A stretch of DNA of 64,000 nt from Casimicrobiaceae bacterium (GTDB lineage: Bacteria; Pseudomonadota; Gammaproteobacteria; Burkholderiales; Casimicrobiaceae): positions 34,846-98,845 of the forward strand of contig DATLNR010000134.1 in assembly GCA_035536655.1 (NCBI GenBank), written 5' to 3'. The notes below the pieces were generated by a model. It did not search any database. It saw nothing but the letters and a program-made list of their open reading frames with translations, and was not told where the DNA came from. Positions 48,884-59,190 of this stretch are shown here, piece after piece (position 1 is the stretch's first letter; each line of letters opens with the position of its first letter). Made by a program: the position numbers and the translations under genes.

Positions 48884-51800
48884 ATGCAAAAAGCGTTCGA
48901 GCCGACGTTCGTCCATCTGCGCGTTCACAGCGAATTCTCGGTCGCGGACGGGACGCTCAGGATCGACGATGCGGTCGATGCAGCGGTCGCCGATGACATG
49001 CCGGCGCTGGCGCTCACCGACCTCGCAAACTTCTTCGGTCTGGTGAAGTTCTATTGCGCGGCGCGCGAACGCGGCGTGAAGCCGATCGCGGGTTGCGACG
49101 TGTGGATCACGCACGACAGCGAGCGCGACGCACCGCATCGCGCGCTGCTGCTTGCGTCGAACCGCGCGGGTTTCGGCACGCTTTGCGACTGGCTCACGCG
49201 CGCCTACCGGACGAACCAGCATCGCGGTCGCGCCGAGTTGCGCAAGCAATGGTTCGACGAGGGTACCGAAGGCTTGATCGCGTTGTCCGGCGCACGCGAT
49301 GGTGACATCGGCCAGGCGCTTCTGCAAGGCAACGACATCGGCGCACGGCGGCTCGCGCAGCAATGGGCGACGGCGTTTCCGGACCGCTTCTACCTCGAGA
49401 TTCAGCGCGCCGGCCGCGGCGATGATGAACCGCTGATCGATGTGACGCTCGACCTCGCGGCGGAAACGGCGCTGCCTGTCGTTGCGACGCATCCGGTGCA
49501 ATTCGCGCGGCGCGGCGACTTTCGCGCGCACGAAGCGCGCGTGTGCATCGCCGAAGGCCACATCCTCGCGGACACGCGACGTCCGCGCCGGTTCACCGCG
49601 GACCAGCATTTCGCCACACAAGCCGAGATGGCCGCGCGCTTCGCCGATCTTCCCGAGGCGCTTGCGAACAGCGTCGCGATCGCGCAGCGCTGCAACCTGA
49701 CGATCGCGCTGGGGCGCAATCATCTTCCCGAGTTTCCGACGCCGGAAGGCATCACGATCGACCAGCACCTCGCGAACGAAGCACGCGCCGGGCTCGCCAT
49801 GCGGTTCGAGTCGCTGTTCGCCAATGCGGATGAGCGCGACCGTCGGCGACCCGACTATGAAACGAGGCTCGCGTTCGAGATCTCGACGATCTGCGAAATG
49901 GGCTTCGCCGGCTACTTTCTCATCGTCGCGGACTTCATCAACTGGGCGAAGCGCAACGGCGTGCCGGTCGGTCCCGGCCGCGGATCCGGCGCGGGGTCGC
50001 TCGTCGCGTACGCGCTCGGCATCACCGATCTCGATCCGTTGCGCTACGGGTTGCTGTTCGAGCGGTTCTTGAATCCCGAACGCGTCTCGATGCCCGACTT
50101 CGACATCGACTTCTGCCAGGACACGCGGGAGCGCGTCATCGACTACGTCAGGCGCAAGTACGGCGCGGACAGCGTCGCGCAGATCGCGACGTTCGGCACG
50201 ATGGCGGCGAAGGCCGCGGTTCGCGACGTGGGCCGCGTGCTCGATCTGCCGTACGGCTTCGTCGACGGCATCGCAAAGCTGATCCCGTTCCAACCGGGCC
50301 GCCTGGTGACGCTTGCGCAGGCGCGCGAGATGGAGCCGTTGCTGGCGGAGCGCGAACGCAACGAAGAAGAAGTCCGCGAGCTGCTCGCACTCGCCGAGTC
50401 GATCGAAGGGCTCACGCGCAACGTCGGCATGCACGCCGGCGGCGTGCTGATCGCGCCGGGTCGCCTCACCGACTTCTGTCCGATGTACCTGCAGGCCGGC
50501 GCCGACTCGCCGGTGTCGCAGTTCGACAAGGACGACGTCGAGGCTGTCGGACTCGTCAAGTTCGACTTTCTCGGACTCACGACGCTGACGATCCTCGACT
50601 GGACGCTGCGCTACGTGCGCAAGCTGGATCCCTCATCGACGCTCGAGCTCGCCACGCTGCCGCTCGACGACAAGCGCGCGTACGACATCTTCAAGACCGG
50701 CAACACGAGCGCCGTGTTCCAGTTCGAATCGCGCGGCATGCGCGATCTGCTGACGCGCGCGAAGCCGGATCGTTTCGACGACATCATCGCGCTGGTGGCA
50801 CTGTACCGGCCGGGCCCGATGGACCTGATTCCCGACTACGTCGATCGCAAGCTCGGCCGGCAAAAGGTCGAGTACCTCGATCCGCGGCTCGTCCCGATCC
50901 TGGCGCCGACCTACGGCGTGATGGTCTACCAGGAGCAGGTGATGCAGATCGCGCAGGTGATCGGGGGCTACACGCTCGGTGCCGCGGATCTGTTGCGCCG
51001 CGCAATGGGCAAGAAGAAGCCGGAGGAGATGGCGAAGCACCGCGACATCTTCGTCGCGGGTGCCGAGAAGAACAGTCTTGCGCGAGCGAAGGCAACGCAG
51101 CTGTTCGACCTGATGGAAAAGTTTGCGGGCTACGGCTTCAACAAGTCGCATGCCGCGGCGTACGCGCTCATTGCATACCAGACGGCGTATTTCAAGGCGC
51201 ACCATCCGGCGGCGTTCATGGCGGCGAATCTTTCGCTGGTGATGGACGACACGGACAAGGTGCGGGCGCTGTACGCCGACGCGTTGTCGCTCGGCCTCAC
51301 GGTCTTGCCGCCGGACGTCAACGCGTCCGCTTATCGCTTCGAGCCGGTCGACGCTTCCGGCATCCGCTACGGGCTCGGCGGCATCAAGGGAACCGGTGAA
51401 CAGGCGATCGAAAGCATCGTCGCGGCGCGTACGGCAGGGGGTCCGTTTCGCGACCTGTTCGACTTTTGCCGGCGTGTCGACAAGCGACTGTGTAATCGGC
51501 GCGTCGTCGAGGCGCTGGTCAAGGCCGGCGCATTCGATTCGATCGATGCGCGGCGCGCGACGTTGTTCGCGTCGGTCGGCATCGCCATCGAAGCCGCCGA
51601 GCGCGCGGAAGCATCGGCGGGACAGGTTTCGCTGTTCGGCGATCCCACGCGCGACGAAGCTGCGCCGCTCGTCATTGCGCGCGAATGGAGCGAGGCCGAA
51701 CGGCTCGCGCACGAGAAAACTGCGCTCGGGTTCTATCTGTCCGGCCATCCGTTCAGGGCCTACGCGAGCGAGCTTTCGGCGATAGTCAGGACGACGCTTG

Positions 51801-52324
51801 CGAGCATCCAGCCGAAAGCGGATCGGCAATTGATTGCGGGCATCGTGACTGCGCTGCGCGTGCAGACCGGACGCCGCGGCAAGATGGCGTTCGTGACGCT
51901 CGACGATGGCAACGGCGCCGCCGAGATCGTGGTTTTCAACGAAACGTTCGATGCGCGCCGGAACCTGTTGCGCGACGACCAGCTCGTCGTCATCGAAGCA
52001 CGCGTGCTGCAGCGCGTGGGCGACGACGGCGAGTCGCAGGGATTGCGCATCGTCGCCGAGAACGTCTACGACCTGGGCGAAGTGCGCAAGCGCTGGGCGA
52101 AGCGCCTCACGCTCTCGATCAACGGCAACGCGGACGCCGGCCGCCTCGAGGATCTGTTGAAGCCGTTTCGCGGCGACGGCGTGCGCGTCACCGTTCGCTA
52201 CGGCAACGGCCGCTTCGGCGGCGACATCGAGCTGCCTGAAAGCTGGCGCGTCGCGCCCGATTCGGCGCTGATCGACCGGTTGCGGGAGTGGCTCGAGCCC
52301 GAGAACGTCGAAGTCGTGTACTGA
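48884..52324 (+). CDS. dnaE: DNA polymerase III alpha subunit
   Basis: HLRVHSEFS PHP domain, GPGRGSGAGS, PDFDIDF, KFDFLGL, GYGFNKSH, OB fold; no intein. Confidence 0.99.
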   Translation: MQKAFEPTFVHLRVHSEFSVADGTLRIDDAVDAAVADDMPALALTDLANFFGLVKFYCAARERGVKPIAGCDVWITHDSERDAPHRALLLASNRAGFGTLCDWLTRAYRTNQHRGRAELRKQWFDEGTEGLIALSGARDGDIGQALLQGNDIGARRLAQQWATAFPDRFYLEIQRAGRGDDEPLIDVTLDLAAETALPVVATHPVQFARRGDFRAHEARVCIAEGHILADTRRPRRFTADQHFATQAEMAARFADLPEALANSVAIAQRCNLTIALGRNHLPEFPTPEGITIDQHLANEARAGLAMRFESLFANADERDRRRPDYETRLAFEISTICEMGFAGYFLIVADFINWAKRNGVPVGPGRGSGAGSLVAYALGITDLDPLRYGLLFERFLNPERVSMPDFDIDFCQDTRERVIDYVRRKYGADSVAQIATFGTMAAKAAVRDVGRVLDLPYGFVDGIAKLIPFQPGRLVTLAQAREMEPLLAERERNEEEVRELLALAESIEGLTRNVGMHAGGVLIAPGRLTDFCPMYLQAGADSPVSQFDKDDVEAVGLVKFDFLGLTTLTILDWTLRYVRKLDPSSTLELATLPLDDKRAYDIFKTGNTSAVFQFESRGMRDLLTRAKPDRFDDIIALVALYRPGPMDLIPDYVDRKLGRQKVEYLDPRLVPILAPTYGVMVYQEQVMQIAQVIGGYTLGAADLLRRAMGKKKPEEMAKHRDIFVAGAEKNSLARAKATQLFDLMEKFAGYGFNKSHAAAYALIAYQTAYFKAHHPAAFMAANLSLVMDDTDKVRALYADALSLGLTVLPPDVNASAYRFEPVDASGIRYGLGGIKGTGEQAIESIVAARTAGGPFRDLFDFCRRVDKRLCNRRVVEALVKAGAFDSIDARRATLFASVGIAIEAAERAEASAGQVSLFGDPTRDEAAPLVIAREWSEAERLAHEKTALGFYLSGHPFRAYASELSAIVRTTLASIQPKADRQLIAGIVTALRVQTGRRGKMAFVTLDDGNGAAEIVVFNETFDARRNLLRDDQLVVIEARVLQRVGDDGESQGLRIVAENVYDLGEVRKRWAKRLTLSINGNADAGRLEDLLKPFRGDGVRVTVRYGNGRFGGDIELPESWRVAPDSALIDRLREWLEPENVEVVY

Positions 52325-52380
52325 GCGCCGGTGCTTCGTCGCGCGCCGATCGACGCGACAGAACCGCCGAAAGGCGTGCG

Positions 52381-52802
52381 TCAGCGCTGCGGTGCTCGCG
52401 CGATCACAATCATGTCGTCGCCACGCGGGAACCACGATCCGAACACTCCCCAGAGCACGAGCGATGGATGGCGCAGCATGTGCAGCGGTCCAACCGGGTC
52501 GAATCCGGCATCCATGACGCCGCCGCCGCTTCGAAACAGGCGAACGAGAAAGGCCGAGTTCACGAAGCGAGCCGCCGCCGGAATATCCGACGTGCGAAGA
52601 AGTCATACTTCTGGCGACGGATCGGATCGTTGGCATAGTACGCGGCGAAATCGATCGTTTCCAGGCAATGCAACGATTGACAGTCCCCACAGCGCCAGAC
52701 GGTGAAGTGCTCGCTCGCGAATTCCCTGACGTTGCAACGCACGCGTGCCGCGTCGGTGCACGACCGATACCCGGTGCTCATGCCGCATACGCAACACGTC
52801 AC
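52381..52802 (-). pseudogene. Probable internally deleted Zn-finger/class I methyltransferase gene
   Basis: 52560-52802 encodes MTCCVCG...CNVREF..E.FTVWRCGDCQSLH...YY and stops after 80 aa. 52381-52563 encodes a plausible C-terminal end (...GVFGSWFPRGDDMIVIAR). No SAM-binding core lies between them. Confidence 0.5.
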
Positions 52803-52835
52803 CGAAATGATCAACCGGCCCGCGCCGCCAGCCAG

Positions 52836-54008
52836 ATGCTGAAGACCTATGCCGCATTCTTCCGGCCGCCGGGTATCCCGAGGTTCGTGGTCGTCAGCTT
52901 TTTCGCGCGGATGCCGCTCGGGACGCTCAGTCTCGCGACATTGCTCCACATCCGCGAGCTTTCCGGCTCGATCGCATTTGCGGGGAGCGTCGTCGGCGCT
53001 CAGCTGATCGCCGCGGCGGCGATGGCGCCGGTGCTCGGCCGGCTGATCGATCGCCATGGTCCCCGTCGCGTGCTGCCGGTCACGGCCGTCGTGCCGGCGA
53101 TCGCGATCGCGTTCGTCTACTTCGCGCAGCCGTTGCAGCTCACACGCGGCGCCATCCTCGCGGCGGCGATCGCCACCGGCACGTTCATTCCGCCCGTGAC
53201 GACGATCGTGCGCGCGATATGGCGCCATCGCTTCGATGACGAGCAAGTCCGCAAGACCGCCTTCGCACTCGACACCGTCGCGATCGAGTTGTGCTTCACG
53301 CTCGGGCCGGCATTGATCGCGATCGTCATCGCCCTCGCGTCCGCCCGTGCCGCGCATGGGATCGCATGGCTTTTCACGATCACCGCGGTTCCGCTGCTCT
53401 ATGCATCCGGTGGGCTCGACTGGTGGAAGCGCGCACCGCCCGGTGAGCGACATCTGCTCGGACCCCTTCGCCAGCGCGAACTCCTGATCGTCTATGCCGC
53501 GATGTTCGCGCTCACCACATCGTTCGGCGCGCTCGAAGTCGGGTATCCGGGCTTCGCGTCCGAGCGCGCCACCGATGCTTGGGGACCGGCGCTGATCTCG
53601 ATCAACTCGGTCGGTAGCGCGCTCGGCGGCCTCGCCTACGGCGGTCTTACGACCGCGATGCCGGTCGAACGGCAGCTGCCGCGACTGATGGGCCTTCTGG
53701 CCGTGCCGGTCGCAATGCATCTCGTGGTCGATGGCCCGTGGCTGATGACTCCGCTGGCCTTCCTCGCCGGCCTGCTCATCGCGCCGTCGATGGCTGGCGG
53801 AACATTGATCGTGTCGAAGCATGCACCGCCCGCGTACATGACCGAGGCGTTCACCTGGTCGGCAACGGCGATCGTCACCGGTATCGGCGCAGGCATGGCG
53901 CTTGGCGGCGCGTTGATCGAGCGGTTCGGCGCGAAGAGTGCTTTTGTGCTCGCAATGGTGAGCGCGCTGACCGCAGCGCTGCTTGCGCTGGCGTTGCGCA
54001 AACGGTGA
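52836..54008 (+). CDS. MFS transporter
   Basis: FFARMPLG, GRLIDRHGPRR motif A, ~12 TM, EAFTW. Confidence 0.9.
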   Translation: MLKTYAAFFRPPGIPRFVVVSFFARMPLGTLSLATLLHIRELSGSIAFAGSVVGAQLIAAAAMAPVLGRLIDRHGPRRVLPVTAVVPAIAIAFVYFAQPLQLTRGAILAAAIATGTFIPPVTTIVRAIWRHRFDDEQVRKTAFALDTVAIELCFTLGPALIAIVIALASARAAHGIAWLFTITAVPLLYASGGLDWWKRAPPGERHLLGPLRQRELLIVYAAMFALTTSFGALEVGYPGFASERATDAWGPALISINSVGSALGGLAYGGLTTAMPVERQLPRLMGLLAVPVAMHLVVDGPWLMTPLAFLAGLLIAPSMAGGTLIVSKHAPPAYMTEAFTWSATAIVTGIGAGMALGGALIERFGAKSAFVLAMVSALTAALLALALRKR

Positions 54009-54034
54009 CCCACGGACTTGGATAGGAGGATTCG

Positions 54035-55033
54035 ATGAATGCGCCTTCCCGCATGCGCATCGTGACGATGCAAGCGCCCGGTGGCCCCGACGTCCTGGGC
54101 CCCGGCGAGGCGCCCGTACCGGTGCCGCAGGACAACGAAGTGCTGATCGAAGTCGACCATGCCGGCGTCAACCGGCCGGACTGTCTGCAGCGTTCGGGCT
54201 CGTACCCGCCACCGCCGCACGCAAGCCCCATCCTGGGGCTCGAAGTCGCCGGCCGGATCGTCGCTGCCGGTCACAACGTCGAACGCTGGAAAGCGGGCGA
54301 CACCGTGTGTGCGTTGGTTGCGGGCGGCGGCTATGCCGAGTATTGCGTCGCGCCCGAGCAATGGTGCCTGCCGATTCCGCAGGGCGTGAGCGTTCGCGAT
54401 GCAGCGGGTCTGCCGGAGACGCATTACACCGTGTGGAACAACCTCTTCGATCGCGGCGCGCTCGTGCAAGGCGAGACGCTGCTCTTGCACGGCGGAACCA
54501 GTGGCATCGGCTTGACGGCGATCCAGCTTGCTAAGGCGTTCGGCGCGACGGTCATTGCGACCGCAGGCTCGGCGGACAAGGTTCGTTTCTGTCGCGACAT
54601 CGGCGCCGATCACGCGATCGACTACAAGGCGCAGGACTTCGTCGCCGAAGTGATGCGGATCACGGACAAGCGCGGCGTCGACGTCGTGCTCGACACGATT
54701 GGAGGCGACTACATTCCGCGAAACCTTCGCTGCCTCGCGACCGACGGCCGACTCCTGATGATCGGCTTTCTGCAAGGGAGCAAGGCCGACATCGACTTCC
54801 GCTTTCTGATGGTCAAGCGCCAGACGATCACCGGCTCGACGCTGCGCGCGTCACCGTTCGAGCGAAAGGTCGAGCTCGCGAAGTCGCTCGAAGCGAACGT
54901 CTGGCCGCTCTATGCGCAGGGAAAGATGAAGACAGTTACGCACGCCGTCTTTCCGATGGAAGAGGCGGCGAAGGCGCATGCGCTGATGGAGTCGTCCGCA
55001 CATATCGGCAAGATCCTGCTGCGCGTCAGGTGA
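54035..55033 (+). CDS. NAD(P)H:quinone oxidoreductase (PIG3/zeta-crystallin family)
   Basis: AGVNRPD, ILGLEVAG, HGGTSGIG, HIGKILL. Confidence 0.93.
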   Translation: MNAPSRMRIVTMQAPGGPDVLGPGEAPVPVPQDNEVLIEVDHAGVNRPDCLQRSGSYPPPPHASPILGLEVAGRIVAAGHNVERWKAGDTVCALVAGGGYAEYCVAPEQWCLPIPQGVSVRDAAGLPETHYTVWNNLFDRGALVQGETLLLHGGTSGIGLTAIQLAKAFGATVIATAGSADKVRFCRDIGADHAIDYKAQDFVAEVMRITDKRGVDVVLDTIGGDYIPRNLRCLATDGRLLMIGFLQGSKADIDFRFLMVKRQTITGSTLRASPFERKVELAKSLEANVWPLYAQGKMKTVTHAVFPMEEAAKAHALMESSAHIGKILLRVR

Positions 55034-55040
55034 CGCGCAG

Positions 55041-55784
55041 CTAATACGTCGCGCGCCCGCCCGACAAATCGAACACAGCCCCCGTCGAAAACGAGCAGTC
55101 CTCGCTCGCAAGCCAGCACACGAGCGACGCGATTTCGTCGACGGTGCCGAAGCGACCCATCGGGATCTTCGACAGCATGAAGTCGATGTGCTGCTGCGTG
55201 ATCTGGTCGAAGATCGCGGTGCGGACCGCGGCGGGCGTGACGCAATTCACGCGGATGCCGGTCTTTGCGAGCTCCTTGCCGAGGCTCTTCGTCAACCCGA
55301 TGACGGCGGCTTTCGACGCGCTGTAGGCGCAAGCGGTCGGGTTGCCTTCCTTGCCGGCGATCGAGGCGATGTTGACGATGCGTCCGTAGTCGTTGCGTTG
55401 CATCACCGGCACGACGGCGCGGTTGCAATAGAAGACGCCGTTGAGATTGACGTCGACGACGCGCTGCCACTCCTCGATCGAGTAGTCCCACGTCATCGCA
55501 TTCGCGCCGGCGACACCCGCCGAGCACACCAGTACGTCGATGCCGCCGAGCGCGTTCACTGTCGAGCGCACCGCGGTATCGACGTCGGCCGGGCGTGACA
55601 CGTCGAGTGAAGCGATGTGCGCGAAACCGTGTTCGCGTTGCATGCGCGCGAGTGCGTCTTCGTCGCGATCCCAGAGCGCCACGCGCGCACCGCTTGCACG
55701 CAATCGCTGCGCAACGGCGAGCCCAATGCCGGCGGCGCCACCGGTCACGACGGCCCGCCGGCCGTCGAGATCAAGTCGGTTCAT
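55041..55784 (-). CDS. Short-chain dehydrogenase/reductase
   Basis: TGGAAGIG, NIASIAGKEGN, YSASK, FSTGAVFDLSGGRATY (sugar-acid dehydrogenase-like subgroup). Confidence 0.92.
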   Translation of the reverse strand: MNRLDLDGRRAVVTGGAAGIGLAVAQRLRASGARVALWDRDEDALARMQREHGFAHIASLDVSRPADVDTAVRSTVNALGGIDVLVCSAGVAGANAMTWDYSIEEWQRVVDVNLNGVFYCNRAVVPVMQRNDYGRIVNIASIAGKEGNPTACAYSASKAAVIGLTKSLGKELAKTGIRVNCVTPAAVRTAIFDQITQQHIDFMLSKIPMGRFGTVDEIASLVCWLASEDCSFSTGAVFDLSGGRATY

Positions 55785-55793
55785 CCCGGAAGC

Positions 55794-56618
55794 TTAACGC
55801 AGGAAGCGCAGCACGCTGACGACAACGAGGATCAGCGCGGTCAAACCGACGACGGCGAGGATGGCGGTCAGCAGATGCCGCGTTTCGCTCTGGAACACGA
55901 TCACTTCGTCGGCAAGCTCGGCGACCTGCGCCGACGACGCGTTCGACTTGGCGGTCGATTCGTCACGCCGCTCGTCGTCTTCGTACGGATCGACCTCGTC
56001 ATCGTAATCGGGCCGCGCGCCGCGACTTCCGGCATTCGCGACGTCGACCGGAACGACGAATGTCAGATTGGACACCGATACGCGTCGATGGGCCGTGTTG
56101 TCCCAGAACTTCGCGGTGCGACCGCTCTTCGATCGATACGTCACGCCGCGCGGGCCCGCGATCGTGCGCTCGCCGGCCTGCATGAAGATCTTCGTCGGCA
56201 GACGCCCGGCTCGGCCCAGATCGAGCAGCACCCGAAACTCGCGCGGCCCGAGCGGAACGTCCACCTGGAATTCCGCCGGCGCGCGGTTCGTCCCGGATTT
56301 CGATTCCGGCACGTAAGTCAATCGTCCCTGACTCTTGCCATCGGTACGCGTCAGAAGACCGCCTCGCTCGCGAACGCGCAGCATGCCGTTCAACATCTCG
56401 AGACGCTCGCCGCTTGCAAGCTCCACGGACTCGCCGCGTGCGAGCGAAACCTTCAGCACGAGGATCATCTCGGCGCCGTCCTCGATGACCACGCGCGCCT
56501 TGTGCGGCTTCAGTCGAATGAGCGGCATTCTCGGCGCTGCGGCGCCGGGCGGCGGCGTCTGGAACGGCGGATGCGACGACGTCTCGAACTGACGCGCGGT
56601 CTTGCGCATGGCGGGCAT
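55794..56618 (-). CDS. Hypothetical protein with a single C-terminal TM helix
   Basis: Open frame filling the gap between flanking genes; acidic linker, then LLTAILAVVGLTALILVVVSVLRFLR. Start uncertain (56609-56786). Confidence 0.6.
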   Translation of the reverse strand: MPAMRKTARQFETSSHPPFQTPPPGAAAPRMPLIRLKPHKARVVIEDGAEMILVLKVSLARGESVELASGERLEMLNGMLRVRERGGLLTRTDGKSQGRLTYVPESKSGTNRAPAEFQVDVPLGPREFRVLLDLGRAGRLPTKIFMQAGERTIAGPRGVTYRSKSGRTAKFWDNTAHRRVSVSNLTFVVPVDVANAGSRGARPDYDDEVDPYEDDERRDESTAKSNASSAQVAELADEVIVFQSETRHLLTAILAVVGLTALILVVVSVLRFLR

Positions 56619-56850
56619 CACGTCGCGCGGCGCATTCCCCTTGAAGCGCCCTACGCGCGTCCTCGTAGGCTCGACGATTCTAAACGCAAGGGCTTCGCGC
56701 GACGCAACTAAGCGCGCTCTTTCGACAGACGGACCCGTTGAAACGTCGAAGAACTTGACGAACGCTGCCGCTCGCTGATTGTCCACCCTGCGCTGTTCAG
56801 CCGAGCCGTGGCGGTGGGGTGCTTGCCGTACGCTCTGCGGACGTCCTTCG

Positions 56851-57315
56851 TTACTTCCGGCGGGCGCGGTAGGCGTCGATCGCGCGTTCGAGATCCCTGA
56901 GCTCGTCGCAGGGGAGGAGGCAGATCGTCTTCAAGGCCGCCACATGTCGCTCGGCGCCCGCGACGTCGCCCACGAGCAGGTAAGTCTCGCCGATGTATTC
57001 GTGCGCGCCGCGGTGCCGCGGGTCGAGCTCGATCGCGCGACGATAGTGCTTGAAAGCAAGGTCGAAGTCGCTAAGGTTGCGGTAGGCGAAACCCAGCATG
57101 TTCTGCAGATCGGCGTGCTCGGGATGGCGCAACTCGGCGCGCTTGAATCGGCGCACCGCCTCCGGCCATGCCTTGCCGTCGACGGCCTGCTTGCCGGCCG
57201 CATAGTCCTCGTCACGCGCAGCGAGATCCGGATCGGCTTCGTACGGGTCGGCGGTGGCGAGCGGCGCGAAAGCGACGATCGCCGCGCACACCAGACCCGA
57301 CAGGAACCGCCTCAC
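56851..57315 (-). CDS. Secreted tetratricopeptide-repeat protein
   Basis: Signal peptide; TPRs (NMLGFAYR...Y.RAIELDP.HRGAHEYIGE); C-terminal CLLPC. Confidence 0.85.
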   Translation of the reverse strand: MRRFLSGLVCAAIVAFAPLATADPYEADPDLAARDEDYAAGKQAVDGKAWPEAVRRFKRAELRHPEHADLQNMLGFAYRNLSDFDLAFKHYRRAIELDPRHRGAHEYIGETYLLVGDVAGAERHVAALKTICLLPCDELRDLERAIDAYRARRK

Positions 57316-58901
57316 CGTTGCGCGAGCTTCTTTGCGCTGACCAACTCTGGCCGCGCCGTGTCCGCATCTTTCGCGAGCACAACGAGCCTGCCGTAATAAC
57401 CCGCGGCCTTGGCGCTGTCGCCGCTCATCTCGGCGGCACGCGCGGATCCCAGGTAGTTGCGAAAGCGGTTCGGCTCGCGGACTTGCGACGCCTCGAACTC
57501 CTTCAGCGCCGCTTGCGCCTGCTTCATCTCGAGCAGCATGTCGCCCAAGAGCTCACGCGCCGGTACGATGCGGCCCGGCGTGACAATGTGCTTTTCATTG
57601 CGATCCTCGAGATCCGCCGCCGCTCGCATGAACCTGAGCGCATCGTCGGGCTTGCCTTCGCCCAGCGCGATCCATCCGGCAGTGGCCAATCGCTGCACCT
57701 CGACTTCGGTCGCCCAATAAGTGTTCTTCGCGTCCAACAGCGCCTTGTGCATCGATTCGAGCTGCTCGGCGTCCTTGCGTGCCGCGGCAACGTCGCCGCT
57801 ACGCGCCGCACCGAGCGCCCGCGCGAAGTGCGTGATGGCCTCGACAAACGGATACGCCGTGCCCGGCGGCTGAAGGGCGGCGGCTTCCTTCCACGCGCCG
57901 CGTTCGACCGCATAACGCGCCGGCATTGCGGCGATCGCATACGGGGCGATGAAACGCGGGCTGATGCCCGCGACCTTCATCGCCTCGCCGATCATCCGCC
58001 GCGCTTCGGCATCGCGGGCGAGCTGCAGATAGGCGTACACCATATAGTCGACCGCGTGGTAAGCCTCGTCCGCCTCGTTGCCGGCTTTGGCGACTTCCAT
58101 CGATCGCTTGTTCGTCGCAGCGGATTCCTGCCATGCGCCCACGCGCGTGAAGATATGCGAGGGCATGTGTAACGCATGCGGCGCGGCCGGCGCGATGCTT
58201 GCGTAACGGCGCGCTGCGGTAAGGCCCTTTTCGGCGATCGGCGGGGCGTCGTAGCTGTGGATCAGGTAATGCGCAACCCCCGGATGATCCGGGTACTTGA
58301 TGAACTGCGCCTCGAGGATCGAGGCGGCCTTGAGATACGCCGCATAGCTTTGATCGGCCTGGGTCTGCGTTCCCGCGATGTACAGCGCGGAAAAGATCTG
58401 CGCTTCGTCGTCCGTCGGAAAGCGTTGCGCGAGCGCCTCATAGGCTTTGGCCCGCGCGTTCTGGCGATCGCGCTCGGAACGCGTCGAAAAGTTTTCGTAG
58501 TACGTCGCGACCGCTTCGATGTAGGCGCGTTCGCGCTCGGTCTTCGCGCCGATGCGTCGTGCGTCCGCAATGGCCGCCTGCGACTGCTCGGCGCCCTTTG
58601 CCGACGCGCCCTGTCCCGCGAGCGGATTCGACATCAGGATCGACGCGACGCCCCAGTGCGCGATCGCGCATTGCGGGTCCTGTTTCAAGACGTCGCGGAA
58701 CGCCTGCTCGCCTGCCGAGTACCAGAACGAATGCAGCATGGCGACCGCGCGTTCGAATGCAGGCTGGACCTTCGGGTCACAACTCGTTGCGAACGCAACC
58801 TTGCCCAGCGGACCGCTTTGCGAATCGGTGTCGTGCCCATGCGCCGCGGCGTTGATGCCGAGCGCGAGAACCAAAGCAAGTTGAAGCGTGCGGCGGTTCA
58901 T
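57312..58901 (-). CDS. Secreted His-rich helical-repeat protein of unknown function
   Basis: GGAG RBS, signal peptide, LGKVAFATSC...AVAMLHSFWY, HPGVAHYLIHSYD, PHALHMPSHIF. Confidence 0.85.
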   Translation of the reverse strand: MNRRTLQLALVLALGINAAAHGHDTDSQSGPLGKVAFATSCDPKVQPAFERAVAMLHSFWYSAGEQAFRDVLKQDPQCAIAHWGVASILMSNPLAGQGASAKGAEQSQAAIADARRIGAKTERERAYIEAVATYYENFSTRSERDRQNARAKAYEALAQRFPTDDEAQIFSALYIAGTQTQADQSYAAYLKAASILEAQFIKYPDHPGVAHYLIHSYDAPPIAEKGLTAARRYASIAPAAPHALHMPSHIFTRVGAWQESAATNKRSMEVAKAGNEADEAYHAVDYMVYAYLQLARDAEARRMIGEAMKVAGISPRFIAPYAIAAMPARYAVERGAWKEAAALQPPGTAYPFVEAITHFARALGAARSGDVAAARKDAEQLESMHKALLDAKNTYWATEVEVQRLATAGWIALGEGKPDDALRFMRAAADLEDRNEKHIVTPGRIVPARELLGDMLLEMKQAQAALKEFEASQVREPNRFRNYLGSARAAEMSGDSAKAAGYYGRLVVLAKDADTARPELVSAKKLAQR

Positions 58902-59190
58902 CTGTTCTCCTGTCCGATAAAGCGAAGTGACTGCCACTACTGTGCGCGCAAGCCGCCGAAGACGTCAAACATGCTGAATACGTAAGGGTCGGCGCGTTTA
59001 CATCGATTCTAACGGCAGGCGCGGTAAACGCGATCGTTCACGATGAAGAACGTAATCGGCGGTGCAAAGGCGACAGAGGGCAGGCGTTCCCGGCGAGTCG
59101 AGGCAGCCTGTGCCGCAGATCCCGCAGCGATAAATCGAAAAAACTCACGTGCGCGCCTTGCGCCCGCTGCGTGTTGTCAGGAGCGCCCTC

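Noticed and set aside
47564-50434. 956-aa ORF suggesting a large hydrolase fusion
   Set aside because: Only 47564-48520 has hydrolase motifs; the rest is antisense to dnaE and overlaps the lipoprotein gene.
48884-52324. Possible intein or split in dnaE
   Set aside because: The length (1146 aa) and continuous motifs fit an uninterrupted gene.
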